This document shows positions 49,619-63,161 of a stretch of DNA of 64,000 bases, piece by piece. How positions within the stretch are numbered: position 1 is the stretch's first letter; every line of letters starts with the position of its first letter. Below the pieces are notes generated by a model that made no database searches, was not told the DNA's origin, and worked only from the letters and a program-made list of their open reading frames with translations. The position numbers and the translations under genes are program-made. Source of the stretch: Basidiobolus meristosporus CBS 931.73 (Eukaryota; Fungi; Basidiobolomycota); assembly GCA_002104905.1 (NCBI GenBank), contig MCFE01000277.1, positions 1 through 64,000 on the forward strand. Direction: 5' to 3'.

Positions 49619-52600
49619 ATGCTATTCAAGGTCACTTTCCTTACGTGTTGTTGTACAAAAGATCGGTATTGAAGAGTGAGGCAACTTTTTGATTAGTGGG
49701 AGTCGACAAGCACCCGAGTTAAAGGACTTGCATTTCACCCAAGAAGACCTTGGGTCTTGACCTCGCTGCACAGCGGCGGTTTGGAGCTATGGGATTACCG
49801 TACGGGTGCGCTTTTGGAAAGGTTCGAAGAACATACCGGTATTTTTGCTCCTATTTCTATGTTAACCTCCAAGACTACGTCCAAACTGCTAACGTTCGGC
49901 TTTGACGAAAAGGTCCGGTTCGTGGTGTTTCGTTCCACCCCACGAAAGAGCTTTTTGTTTCTGGTGGGGATGATATGAGAGTTAAGGTGTGGGACGTGAA
50001 AACTAGACGTTGTCTGTTTACGCTTAGCGGCCATTCCGACTATATCCGTACGGTGTTCTTTCACCCTCGGTTTCCTTGGATCGTGAGCGCTTCGGACGAC
50101 TTAACCATACGCATATGGAATTGGCAGTCGAGGGCATGCATAGCAGTTTTGGCTGGACATACTCATTACGTTATGTGCGCACAGTTTCATCCTACGGAAG
50201 ATCTAATTGCTTCCGCTAGTCTAGACCAGACTGTCAGGATTTGGGATACATCTGGTTTGCCACTTTCTGTGGTTGCTATGATCTAAGTATCGTTTGTTGT
50301 AACCATTCTTTTTGGCTAGGCCTGCGTAGCAAAAATGTAGCACCTGTTTCTGTTCTTGACGGTGGCATGGCATCGGGGATGGGTCAACAAGCAGATGTAG
50401 TAGCTGATGTAGATGTTACAGTGAGGTTTGTATTGGAAGGCCATAGCCGGGGAGTTAATTGGGTGTCTTTTCACCCAAGCCAGGCTTTACTTGTCTCCGG
50501 TGGTGACGATAAGCAGATACGAGTTTGGAGGTTTAACGGTAAATCCTAACATTCCTAAATAGGCTGTCGCATATAATAATACGTGTTCATTTCACTTTGC
50601 ATTCAGTCCATAGAGCATGGGAGACGGAGGTTTATCGAGGGCACACTGACAATGTATCGTCAGTTCTATTCCATCCCCACCACGGATTGATCGTATCTTG
50701 CGGGGAAGATATGACCATCCGAGTGTGGGACACCGATGCAAAGACCTTGGTGCAATGCTTTTCGAATACACACAATCGGTTTTGGGCACTCTGCTCGCAT
50801 CCAAAAGGCAATCTGTTTGCCAGCGGTAAACTGAATTCCTGAACGTTTGCTCATATACTGTTCTCAACGTTGCCCTCCATACAGGTCACGATGGCGGACT
50901 TGCGGTATTCAAGCTTAACAGAGAGCGCCCAGCCTGGACAATGCACGAAGGATCGCTTTTCTACGTGCGCGAGAATCACATCAGAGCCATGAATTACGCC
51001 ACCGGAAAAGACGCCCCATTAGTAACTATCAAGCGACTCAACACTTACACTGCCCCGAAAACTGTCACATACAACAATGCCGAGAAGGCTTTTCTCATTA
51101 CAACCCAATGTGAAAGCCCGATATATGAGCTTTACCGTATACCAAAGGGCTATACTGGCGGGGCTCTCATCAAGAATGAAGTATTGTCTGGTAGTTGCTC
51201 GGCTGCGGTGTTTCTCAGTCGAAACCGGTTTGCTGTTCTAAACCAACCAGGAAATACCATCGACATCAAAGATCTGTCAAACGCTACTACGGCCACCATA
51301 AACTTCGACAGAGTAATCCGGGATATATCCTATTCACCTGGTGGAGGTCTGATGCTTTTTACCGACAGTTGCGTGATTCTGTATCATGTACCGACGCGAC
51401 GGGCCCTAGCGGAGCTGAGTGTGGATGCAGTTAAATACGCAGTTTGGGCTCCTGACATGTCAATGGTCGCACTCTTAGCAAAGCATAGCGTCACATTGTG
51501 CACAAAAGACCTGGTCAAAAAGTGTCAAGCTCGAGAGTCTAGCCGGGTAAAAAGCGGCGCTTTCGACTCCACCGGAGTCTTTATCTACAACACACTGGAC
51601 CATATCAAGTTTCTTCTTTTCCAAGGTGATCATGGGATAATCCGCACTGTTGGTGAGCCCGTGTACTTGCTGAGATCGGAGGGCACCGTTCTGCATATTC
51701 TTGATAGGAAAAATAAACCCGATTCGATCGTCATTGATCCAACTGAGTATCAATTCAAGCTTGCCTTGATTGAGAAGAATCTCTCTCGGGCTGTGCACTT
51801 CATTCGTGATTCCAGTCTCGTAGGAAAAGGCGTGGTTGCGTACTTACAGCAACTGGGGTATCCTGAGATAGCCATGTTCTTTGTCGACGACGAAACGGAC
51901 CGGTTTGAATTGGCCTTGGATGCTGGGAATATTGATGCTGCACTTCGCAGCTGCCAATCAATCGATAAATACGGTTGCTGGGCCAAATTAAGCGATGAGG
52001 CCTTGAAGCACGGCAATCGCCATGTAGCCGAGCTTGCTTACCGACGCATCAAGCGATTGGACCGATTGTCTTTCCTGTATTTGGTCACTGGTGACCTTGA
52101 GAAAATCAATAGCATCCTGGCGGTAGCTGAGCAAGAAAATGGTGCAGAGATGCAATATAATAACGCATTATTAGTTGGTAACGTTGAGGCAAGGATCAAA
52201 ATATTGGTGGAGACCAACCAACTCCCTCTAGCGTATCTTACAGCTAAATCTCATGGACTAGACACGAAAGCAAGCCAAATTCTTATGATGGCGAACATGG
52301 CTGAAGTAGACATCCAGCTTCCGACTACATCTGGCCGATTTTTGCCCACTCCAAGTCCACTGCTTTCTAGACCAACTGTGGAGAACTGGCCATTGTTATC
52401 TTCCTCCAAAGGGGCATTTGAAAATATAGTTAAGGGAATAGTTGCCGGAATCCCTGCTGGCAATGACGAACTCCTAGCCGAACACCGAGATTTGAGTAAT
52501 GAGAACATGGACGATAAGCCGGATGACCCAACAGACTGGGGTATCGAAGAAATATGTCTAGATGAAGTTCGTGAGCCGGTTAGGTTTGTGATGCCTTCGA

Positions 52601-53586
52601 GTGGTATCGAGGAGTCCGATGTACGGTGTAGGCACTCCAGCCTGGCAGTGGACCATATAGCCTGTGGTTTCTTTGATACCGCAATGAATCTATTAAACAG
52701 TCAAAGCGGTGTAGTCAATTTTGCCCCTTTGAAGCCACTTTTCCTAACTGTTTTCCGAACCGCAAGTACTCTTATGTCGATGAATCCTTCCATCGTATCT
52801 ATACGCGTCCCAATTCGCCGGAGTATTGAGGAAACACGCCTGGAGAAATCCGCACCTGGTGTGATATTCACTTTGGCGAATCTTACGAATCGATTTCATC
52901 TCGCCAGCAAATTAACATCGGATGGAAAGTTCGAGGATGCCATCGCACAATTCAAAGGCATCCTACACACACTGGTACTTACAACCGTCGATCAAGCACA
53001 TCTGAGGCATGCCGAGGAGCTCCTGAGTAGCTGTCGAGAATACATTGTCGGGCTTCAGATGGAGCGAGTTAGACAGAATATTCGAGATGATGACAAGGAA
53101 AATGTGAAGAGAATACTCGAGCTCTCCGCCTATTTTACTCATTGTGACCTACAGAACTCACATAAGCAACTTAGCCTAAGGTTGGCGATGACCCTTAGCT
53201 TTAGATATAAGAACTTCAGGTCGGCCTCTAGCTTTGCTGGTCGCTTGCTGGACTCAAGCCCGCCTTCTCGAGTTGTCGCCCAGGCCAGACAGGTGCAATC
53301 CGTATCCGATAAAGCTTCTCGTGACGAGATTCTGCTGAACTATGATCCATTCAAGCCGCTCCTCATCTGCGGTAGTACATATACTCCTATCCATGATATG
53401 GATCGCAAGGTTGAATGTCCTTACTGTCATTCTTCATACCACTTGGAATGTCAAGGAAAGCTGTGTACCACATGCGACATTTCACAGATCGGCGCCAGTG
53501 CTACAGGCCTTCGCATCCTCTACGGCCCCTCCAGTAACAACAAACAGCGTGAAAGAGAGGCCATTGAGTCAATCGAATTCCCCTAG
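49619..53586 (+). CDS. COP1: Coatomer subunit alpha, divergent (1211 aa)
   Basis: Exons 49619-49630, 49697-49838, 49913-50254, 50320-50538, 50607-50825, 50885-53586 (3636 nt, open). [56 protein letters not shown]-terminal CPYC...CTTC. Confidence 0.92.
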
Positions 53587-54095
53587 CGTTATGGCTGTCA
53601 CCACCAGTTGGCGCACAACCCTTCCTCGCTTGTTTAATGATCAGTGAACGCCCAGGCCATCCCCATACTCCACTTTATCCACGCCCAACATCCAATAAAT
53701 CACCGTCCATACACATAAAATATGTTGCAAATTCATATCCATGCTGCTTAAAGCAGTATTCATGACCCTCCGACAACCATCCAGTCATCCAGATCATTCA
53801 CTAGTGTCGAAGCGCTACCCCACCACTAGGTAGTGATTGGCTATGTTCCGTCCGCTGATTAGTGGGCAGTCAGATATAGTTGGGAACATATTACCCCGGT
53901 CTATATAAATTCTAATGGGCCATTCCTCCATTGAGAACAGTAGCAAAGATGTTGCTGATTCGTCCATACCGAGTCGTGATTGAGACTAAATTTGGCAAGA
54001 GAAATTTTTTTATGTTGTATCCACTTTCAATCTGGTGGTAGCATTTGAAAATCCCTGGCCTGGTGTGTGTCTTTCTCCGCTCTACACTAGTAGCA

Positions 54096-55535
54096 ATGAA
54101 CGCTTTTTCTACTTTCGGTCGTACTGGAGCTATCCGCTCAATCCTGGAAATATCGTACGTTTTATTTGACCTGAACCTTACCTGCATTCTAAGTGTCTAA
54201 CTTGGCATTCTCTACAGCACTAAGAGAGCTATCTATCAAGGAGTTCGCCAGGTAAACCCATTCTACCGCGACCACACTTCTCTTTCACGTACTGAATAGG
54301 CCTCTTCACCCCACCCTCTTCTCTAGAACTCTACCTTGAACAGCGCTTCTGCATTCAGTGGTCGCTCCAGATGGAACACCCTCGCCAAGGTTAACCGTCA
54401 ACACTTCCAACGGGCTGCTCTTCCCGCTCTTTTCAGTGCCCCTTTGCGCCATGGTACCGGCTTGGAGAGCAACCTTTCCTTTGGTTTGCCTAGATTCAAC
54501 TCCACCTCCACCAACGTCCCCGTTGTCGATACCACCACAAGCATTGCTGGTACTTCCGAGAGTGGCTCGGTGCTGACCTCCATCGCCGATAGCGTAGATG
54601 CTAATGCGATTGTAGACGCTGCTATGAAGGTTGGGGACCTCAAGGCCATGGGCTTGGTCAATTTCACCCCAGTCGGATTCATTCAGGCTGCACTTGAGTT
54701 CATTCACGTCAGCACTGGTATCCCATGGTGGGGCACCATTGTCGCCACCACTCTTCTCATTCGATTGGCCTTGTTCCCCATCGTGGTCAAGTTGCAGAGA
54801 AACGCCGCCGTCTTACACAACATCAAGCCTGAGATGGACCGCCTTACCGCACATTTGAACCGTGCCAAGTCCGACGGAGATACTGTTGCCATCGCACAAT
54901 ACTCTCACGAGTTCCGTCAATTGTTCGAGAAGCACAATGCCAACCCATTGAAGATGTTGGCCCTTCCACTCATGCAAGCACCTGTGATGCTTTCATTCTT
55001 CTTCGCGTTGAGAGATATGGCCCAGTTGCCAGTGCCACAATTCCAGACCGGTGGTACCGCCTGGTTCACCGATCTGACCGCTGCCGATCCTTTGTACATC
55101 CTCCCAGTCGTCTCCGGCCTTGGATTCTTGGCCATTCTCGAGGTAGGTGCTAGTGAAGGGATGGTTAGTACGGATATCCTAACCAAGTACTCACTGATGT
55201 TCATCTAGCTTGGAAGTGAAGCCGGTACCAACGTTGGCCAAACCAAGAATGTTAAATGGTTCTTCAGATTTATGGCAGTCGCCATGGTCCCTGTGACCGC
55301 GAATTTCGCCTCGGTAAGTGAATTTTTATGAGTGTTTGGCATGTAATTGTTCCCTAACGCACAGGCTATTCAGTCGATCTTCGTCTATTGGGTGACCTCC
55401 AATGCCTTCTCCATTGGACAAGTTCTTACCCTCAAGAACCCAGCCATCCGTAAAAGCATGGGCATCCCCCTTCTTATGGAACATAAGACAGTCGGCTCCG
55501 CTAAATCCAAGAAATCCAAGACCACCAAGAAATAA
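54096..55535 (+). CDS. OXA1: Mitochondrial inner-membrane insertase Oxa1 (~394 aa)
   Basis: Exons 54096-54154, 54218-54251, 54327-55142, 55209-55313, 55365-55535 (last acceptor may be 55374). GIPWWGTIVATTLLIRLALFP, QAPVMLSFFFALRDMA, WFTDLTAADPLYILP, VYWVTSN. Confidence 0.93.
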
Positions 55536-57077
55536 ATGGGGACCGCTAACGATCATTCATCCATGTATTCATATATATAAATCTGTTTGCATTTCAAATA
55601 AACAATCCTCTCCCATCGTAGAGAAGATAATCAACCATGATGCTTGGTACTGGCCAGAGCCCACTTCTCTACCACATTCGGCATCAACGGGGTCCGGAAT
55701 ACCAAATACAGCCGACTTGATAACGACCTTAGACTGTGACATGAGTGCTGGAAGCCAACGAGTGCCGGTGCCTAAATGATGCGATAACCAGAAGTTTTTC
55801 GCAATCTGAGGCTGGTCAGTGGCATTTATGTGGAGACGACACTGTCTTACGATTGGCAAGGTGTGGTCTCTGTATTAGTAATTATTAGATCGCACAAATC
55901 TCTGCTGTATCTCACATAGAGCAAGCCTCTCGGTCCAAGCTTAATTTTAGCACTAATCTAATTGTTGCTCACCTTCAGTGATTCAGGCTGGGGGATACTT
56001 ATGCGTCGATGATTTATCCCTACTATGTTCTAAATTCCAGGTGGATCAAACAAGGATCACAACATGCCAAGTCCGAATCCGAATTAGCAGTCAAAGCCGA
56101 ATCGGCGACCGCAAGATCACTTCTTGGCATGCCAAATCTCGGAGAATCTGCCACGAAGATCAGACTTGAAGCTACTTGGCAGGCACCAGCCATGTGAATG
56201 ATTAGCAAGAGAGCCCATTTGATAGGTGATCGAGAAATCCTCATAGTCGCAAAGATTGCACGATTCCAGAGCAACGATTCACAGGACGCTCAGCGTTCTT
56301 GCCAGGCCCAATCCCCTTCGCGAGTTAGCGATTTGGATGGTGACCACTTTTCGAGCGATCCAAATCCGATCATTTCCGTGTCGTGCGTGGTTGGTTGGGT
56401 TCAGGATGGTCTTAAGAAATCTCGAAAACCTATGGAAGATTGGCCGGTCTAGGGGATCTAAGCATATGAAACCATACTAATTGCTGCCAAATCAACGTCC
56501 GCGTAGGAGGTTTTGAAGGTGTGTCTCGTGAATGGGTGATTCATTTTCTCTGGTGCTGCTGACATTCTCGTCATCCACCTTGTTGTCCAGGAAAGGGATT
56601 TCAAGAGAAGGCTGGCATTTCATCATCGCCAACCCTATTGATGAATGGCACAACCATGGTGGTTTCGGGCCATTTGGCAGTATTAGATGGATCTTATGAC
56701 TTCACCACTGAATGAACTCCTCCTCCAGGCCAATCCATTTCTCTCTCCAAGTCCCTTGCGGTGACCATTTCTAATCATGCTGAACCACAGGTGGTCGAGT
56801 TTAATCGGTTTTATTGAGGTAGATACACTATCAGTACAGTATGATGTCAAACAACGCAAAAGAGGTTGCGATCTAGGTATTCGGTATTTCTTATTTTATA
56901 CAAAGACGGTCAATTGTTAAGGATGGGTTACTCGCCGAATACCTTTAGGTATGGACTGTATGCACTTCCACCGGTAGACGGGGCTTCAGTCTTTAACATT
57001 GATTTGGTGGGTGCATTCTGGTTACATTGCTGACATGTAGGAAAGGGACGGTGGTTAGGCTACTTGCACACCACAAT

Positions 57078-57407
57078 CTAGTTCTCGTTAATCAAGTCAT
57101 CCCAGAGGTCATCAGCCGGTGCCTCGGCGGTCTTAATCACTGGGTTTACTTCGGGATTGTGACCAAAGGTGCAAACAATCTCTTGTTTCCATTCAACATC
57201 TTCTGCGTTAAGGACCCCTTTCATGTACTCGTTCTGGTCACGCTCAAAAGCCAATCGTTCATGCTCCTCCATGGGAAGGGTGAAGATGTTGGTCAAGGGG
57301 CGAGATCGAACCGTAGCCATTGGGGCAATTCGCATGTTGACACGCTTCATAGAGGTCAATCCGGAAACCCTAGCAAAAGAAGTGAAGGCAGTAATACGGG
57401 CAGACAT
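57078..57407 (-). CDS. Hypothetical protein (109 aa), possible mitochondrial presequence
   Basis: MSARITAFTSFARVSGLTSMKRVNMRIAPMATVRSRPLT has no acidic residues and is R/S/T/A-rich, followed by an acidic domain. No family recognised. Confidence 0.5.
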   Translation of the reverse strand: MSARITAFTSFARVSGLTSMKRVNMRIAPMATVRSRPLTNIFTLPMEEHERLAFERDQNEYMKGVLNAEDVEWKQEIVCTFGHNPEVNPVIKTAEAPADDLWDDLINEN

Positions 57408-59103
57408 GTTTGAGTCGAAATGCTGGAATCCTTCACTGCTGGCCATCCTTATATATCCTCCATTCTAAAACCAAGACCAGATCCTCTGCCAATCGGGGGT
57501 TCGGGATTTGGAAAATTATCAAGCAGCATCAACAGACCAATTTACTGCTCGCCACCGAAATCCCATCATACTGACCTACGAATCTAAATATCATGTGGCT
57601 AAGGTTACTGATCATCACAGTAGACTAATCATCCACTCCTTGACATCTCATTAGATCCTGTCTCCAACCGTCGAGTTCAGTAACTCTAGCTGAGTGAGCA
57701 TTCATGCCGCACACCGACCAGAAATGGGAATTGTTTTCACTGACTTCAGCTAGTAGCAAAGCACGGAACATCTAATAATGCATGATTTACACTTGAGCCA
57801 AGCTAACGAGAAGCAAGATCCTGGTTTTGTGGAGGGTATCGAGGCTTCCGAGAAATTATCGTCGACTTGTAGGCGAGGATAAACCGGATGCCTCTAATGG
57901 AAGGGACGTGTCCTGCCCTTGAGCTGAGCCAAGTGTACGTAGAGAGCACTTTTTTGGCCGCACCAGTTATGGTGACCTGGTCCCAGTAGATGGTGTAGAT
58001 CTGAGGACAGGTATTTTGATTTTATCTCGTAGTATAGGATCTGGTGTCAGAATCGATTGATCGAAATCATCATTTCCGATTCTTCAGAGCTCCGGAACTC
58101 TCCGAGTCTGTACCAAAATCCAAACTATGGGGGCTTCGTGATCCTCTGATAGTAGAACACTAGCTAGGCGCCACAGTCAGACAGTCGGGATTAGATCTAG
58201 GCTAACAATATTAGCTCATCTAGGTTGTGCAAACCTCAAGAGTATCTAGTGAAGGGCTTCGGTGTACAGGGTAACTCCGGGGCTGGCGAGACCACATATT
58301 AGTTGAATTTCGGGTTAGATTAGATTTTATCGGCTCTTCCATCAATCGGCTCCATTTGATAGCCTGATAATGTGGGAGCACTAGATCCCAAGGCACCAGG
58401 ATCACCTTTTGATTAGTAAGAAATAGTCACCATCCTACCTTGCAGTCGGATCTATTTGTGGAAAGGCTTCATGATTTGATGTCGGCCTCATTTTCCACGG
58501 CAGGCTCTCGTTGCAGGATGTGTAGATACGATAGCATGCAATCATTGGTGGAACCTATTGACAGAATGTGCCGAAAGCGCGATATGGCATGAGCCATCAA
58601 CAAATGTCATCAAATCCAGTGAGTTGAGTCTCAAGTGATGCCCTGAGTATAGGAACTGCAACCACACATTACGTAGCTACATCACCAACATATGAGCCTA
58701 CTGTGGACGTCTGCGGGTGGAAGGCTAACCTTAATCTCTTGGTTTGCACACTGGCCCGAATGCCTACATCACCAACAGTTGCATATCCTATCTAGGTCCC
58801 TGTTCGCGCTGACCATTCCACACTATCGTGCATGACGGGAGCCGGCTGTGAGGTGGCTTACGGTATGTTTGGCGTGGGGTGATAGAAATGGAGGTTTACT
58901 GTATTTGTGAATGGGATATGGAATAATCTATAGTCGCATGTCCTTGTGAAAATCAGTTTGATGGGTGATACGGACAAGGAGAAAGTGGTTGTGAACAATG
59001 AATAGACAGCTATAATACAAGAATAGTTTGTTTGTGATGTGAGATCTTCGATAATCATCTGCTCTGGGGAGATATCAAGTGGTATGTATGCTTTTGTTGC
59101 CTT

Positions 59104-60596
59104 TTAAGGCTGTTCAGTTCTAATGACCAAGTGCTGCCCTTGAACCATCTGCTGGATATTTTTGGCCCTGGCGTCATGTTCCTTTCTTCTATACTCGATC
59201 ACTCTGTGGATGCGGTTAGTGTATCATAGATAACGGGGAATATGCATGTGCAACGACTTACGTATACCAAACCCCTGTTAAGCAGATAGATTGAGTATGT
59301 GAATCCATGCGAGCATATTAGGAAAGCGTTCACTTACCGCCAATTAAGGTTAAGCCTATTCCAATCGCGTTCATCGCGGAGATTTCCAGATTGAATATCA
59401 GAAATGCAAAGGCTATGGATAAAACCTGCTTCACATTGCCTTTTGATCCAAGTTAGAGAACGCAGATCTGCCAACACGTCTTATTTGCTTACCGGCGACT
59501 GTCATGGTGAGCGCCGATGTTTTCTTGTTCGCAGTGAAGCTCACGACGTTCAAGAAGAAGGCCAGAACACCGTTAAATAGCAGTGATGAGGCTAGGGACC
59601 AAGTCATGGAGGTTTCCAGGAATGAGGAGACATATTGGAGCTCCCCGGTCATGTATGCATACATCAAGGTTTGAATAAATGCTAACGGTGACATGCGATA
59701 CAGCAGATCCAATGGATGTAATTTCAGTCCGCTGGTTTGGACTTGGTTGGTCACAACAGTCTTGAGTGCTGCGAGCACGGTTCCTAGGATAGTCAGAAAG
59801 AATCCTGTCGGGGAGAATTAATCTTGGCAGTTCGTCAAAGATCTGCATTCACTTGAGTTATACCCATTGGCGTGAAATAGTAGTCACCAAAAGTTGCAAA
59901 CGCTACGCCAAACACTACCTAATAGTGCATCAGAGACGTTAGTGAACTCAGAATCAATAGATGTACGTGGATACACGCACCGGCAACAGCGAGATGTAAA
60001 CTGCCAGAGGGAAGGATGTTTTCAGGAACACGATAGAGAGAATGATGGTGAAGACAGGAGTCATGGCGCGAACAACTTGATGAAACTGTTGTTGAAGTGC
60101 AAAACGGATTAGGTATGCCTCTCGCTCGATTTGTCTTTAGGAAGGTACGCATACCGGAACAGTCACCAAGTGGCTGTTGGGATTCAGGAAAAGAAGAAAG
60201 CCATCAGCAAATCGAAGATAAAATGGATTTAGAATAAAGTGCGCCTTACAGTGAAACATTGCTAATCGCAATATTCAAGGTATACAATACTGAGAATGCT
60301 AGCATGATGGTGTTCTCTCTCTCACCAAGTCGACGTGGCTTGAAAATCCCAAGCAAATAGAAAACATAGGAACCAACGGCTCCGCAAAGCGTGTGTAATC
60401 CGGTCAGAGTCCATGGAAACTTGAATGAGAAGAACTGCATCAGAGCCTTGCTGTGAAGCGTCAGGGTGAGATTAAAGAAGAAGTAAATAATAAGCCAGAC
60501 AGCAGAGGAGTTTAATATATCCAAGGAGAATGTACTACGAATAGCACGACGAAGACCAGTGTGAATAGGTAGAAGGTCGCTCTGTGTTGAACTCAT
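59104..60596 (-). CDS. TPT/SLC35-family nucleotide-sugar transporter (350 aa)
   Basis: Exons (-): 60596-60250, 60173-60155, 60085-59981, 59918-59864, 59804-59493, 59439-59338, 59274-59262, 59203-59104 (1053 nt, open). FPWTLTGLH, NVSLHLVTVPFHQVVRAMTP, KKTSALTMTVAGNVKQ. Confidence 0.9.
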
Positions 60597-61913
60597 AGTG
60601 CCGGAATACTTCTTATTTTATCGCAGGAAGGGAGTAATGAAATAGAAGACTTGGGCACTGTCTTGGAAAGTCTGGAGCTCTAGAGTCAAATACAGCAAAC
60701 AAAGTTGGTGTTGGTACAGATGTAAAGCCAACGAGGGAGAAGAGTTAGGAGCACTTCAAGTCGTCGGAGTGGTGTTAAGGATGGCAAGGTGACTGAAATG
60801 AATAGCAGCCAGGTGATGTGATCCGGATTGCAGGCTGCAATGGTGGTTGGGATATTCAGTGTTGGATTTCAACCAAGGATAGGCACAGTTAAGGTGCAAG
60901 AGAATTCAAGGAGAGCGCTAGCTTGCAGTGGATGAAAAAGGTGAGAAGTAACAAAGGCTGTCAGGGCTATTTGTAGTAATGGATGGAGCGCAGGAATTAA
61001 GGGGGCGGTAGACCCGAAAAATGCTGAAGGGGCTTGAGAGTAACGATGCTCCAACACCGTGTGTTTTCTGGGTGCCAAAAATTGCGGTCCCAACTTGGCT
61101 TGAAATCAGCCAGTTACAGATTTGGATATGCCGAACCGGTTGTACAATTTATTGACCCTGTCGTTTAACATTGGCAATGCCAATTTGTTCATAATCCGGA
61201 ACAATGGGAGAGAGGACGGCTTTCATTTGAAGGCTTTTTTGAGCAGCAAAGCCGTTTCAGAGTGGTTTCAGAGAAATCTAAGAATGGTGAGGTTCAAAGC
61301 CATAGCATGACCTGGTTGAAGGCACGACGCTAGGCTTTGGCCTATTGTAAACGTTGGTAGCCATCATATGTGCTTAGCCTTGGTGGAGTGCTGATTTCCT
61401 AAATAGTGTTGTTTAACAAATATATCAAGTTTTTTTGGCCACGGGCTGCAACTTGAACCCATTCACACCAGACAAATAACCTAGCTGAGTCTAGTCTGAC
61501 GCTCAGCTCACTTTTGTGAACCTCAGTACCTTATGGAAAAGAAGCTTATTCTCCACCATCCCTTTATTGATTAGAGTAATTTACGCATTATCTCCTATTC
61601 AAGTCAACATGTGATGCAACTTCATGCAGGATATTCCATCGCTTTTTGCTCTAGCACGGTAATGTGGCCGCTCCACATACGCTCGACTCAAATATCCCGT
61701 CCCGCTACTTCGCTTGGACACAAAATACTACTGTCGTTTATGTGCGCGGCGACTGTTCGCTCCCGCAAACGCACTGCATAAGGTTTTCTTCCAAGAAATG
61801 TAATTGACAGCTCCTCCCATCACAATCGTGGTCATATTTATTGCTTCTTTGCTAACATGCCAAACACTGCTAACTCTCAACTATGAGGTCGATTTTCTGG
61901 TGAAACCATGCAA

Positions 61914-63161
61914 TCAAGAGTCTGGGCTATGGGAGGGGACAAACACAACTTTGGTGCAATTTTCCAATTTCTTATCAAATAAGTGATAAGCCCGCGCAGC
62001 ATCCTTCAGGGGAAACCGATGGGAAATGATCTTGCTGATATTATATTTCTTCTTTTCAAGGATAGGTACCAGCTTTTCCATCATAGCTCTGGCCGGGCAT
62101 CTCCCGGATTTGTACGTAACATTCTTATTATACCCGTCAGCCGGGGAAAATGGGAAGCTTTTGGAAGTGTGCACGCCGATCGAGGATATGATTCCTCCTG
62201 GCCTCATAATATCGAAGGCCGTTTTCAGGGCGGACGGATTACCAACAGCCTACATGGAAAATCAATCATCCCGTTAATTCTCGGAGCGCAACAGTGGTTA
62301 GCAATACACCAACCTCAAACACGACATCGGCTCCGCGTCCACTTGTTTTCTGGCCAAAGAAAGCTACAAGATCCTTCTCTTCGGGAGACACAGGCTCTGC
62401 GCCAAGCTCGCGAGCAATTTCCAATCGTTCTGGTACAGAGTCAATGGCATATATTCTAGCAGCGCCCGACTCTTTGGCCCCAATAATCGACATCAGCCCT
62501 ACAGGGCCACAGCCTATAACTACTACTACCGTTTCTGCAAGCTCCTCTTGGGATACTCCTGACAATCCATTGTGTGCACAGAAGAATCCAGTAGGGAACA
62601 CATCGCCAATTAGAAGCCCCTCCTCATCCGTAATAGTTTCCGGCAGCTTGAGTAGAGTCGAAGAGGCAAGAGGCACACGTACGTACTCTGCTTGCCCACC
62701 ATCCACACTTGGGAAATATTGTTAAACCAGCAAGACAAAATATATCATAGATAGCCGACTTACTGCCATCCAAACAGCTGCCCTTTTTCACAACGGCAAG
62801 TGAGTCCTTTTTGGCAATAAAAGCATTTACCGCAGGAAGTAGTAAAAGCACTCGCCACTCTGTCATTTACAGCAAACCCAGTAACTTCTGAGCCCACCTC
62901 AACGACCCTGCCCATGAATTCGTGGCCCAATACATTTTTGAAGGTGCAGCCCACCTGGTCGCCTCGATAAACTAGGTTAGATTTCGGTTAGCATCTTGAT
63001 GTACACTTCCGAAAAAGCACGAATGGGTTACTATGTAGGTCACTTCCACACAAGCCAGCAAGATGGACCTGGACAAGGGCATCAGTTGGCTCAAGTATGC
63101 TTGGTTTCGGGACAGTTTTGGTGGCGACCTCGAAGTCTTTTTGTAGGGTAACGGCCTCCAT
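61914..63161 (-). CDS. Zn-dependent medium-chain alcohol/aldehyde dehydrogenase (355 aa)
   Basis: Exons (-): 63161-63032, 62971-62764, 62707-62314, 62249-61914 (1068 nt). CGSDLH, GHE, structural-Zn CGKCFYC...C, GCGPVG Rossmann motif. Confidence 0.92.
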
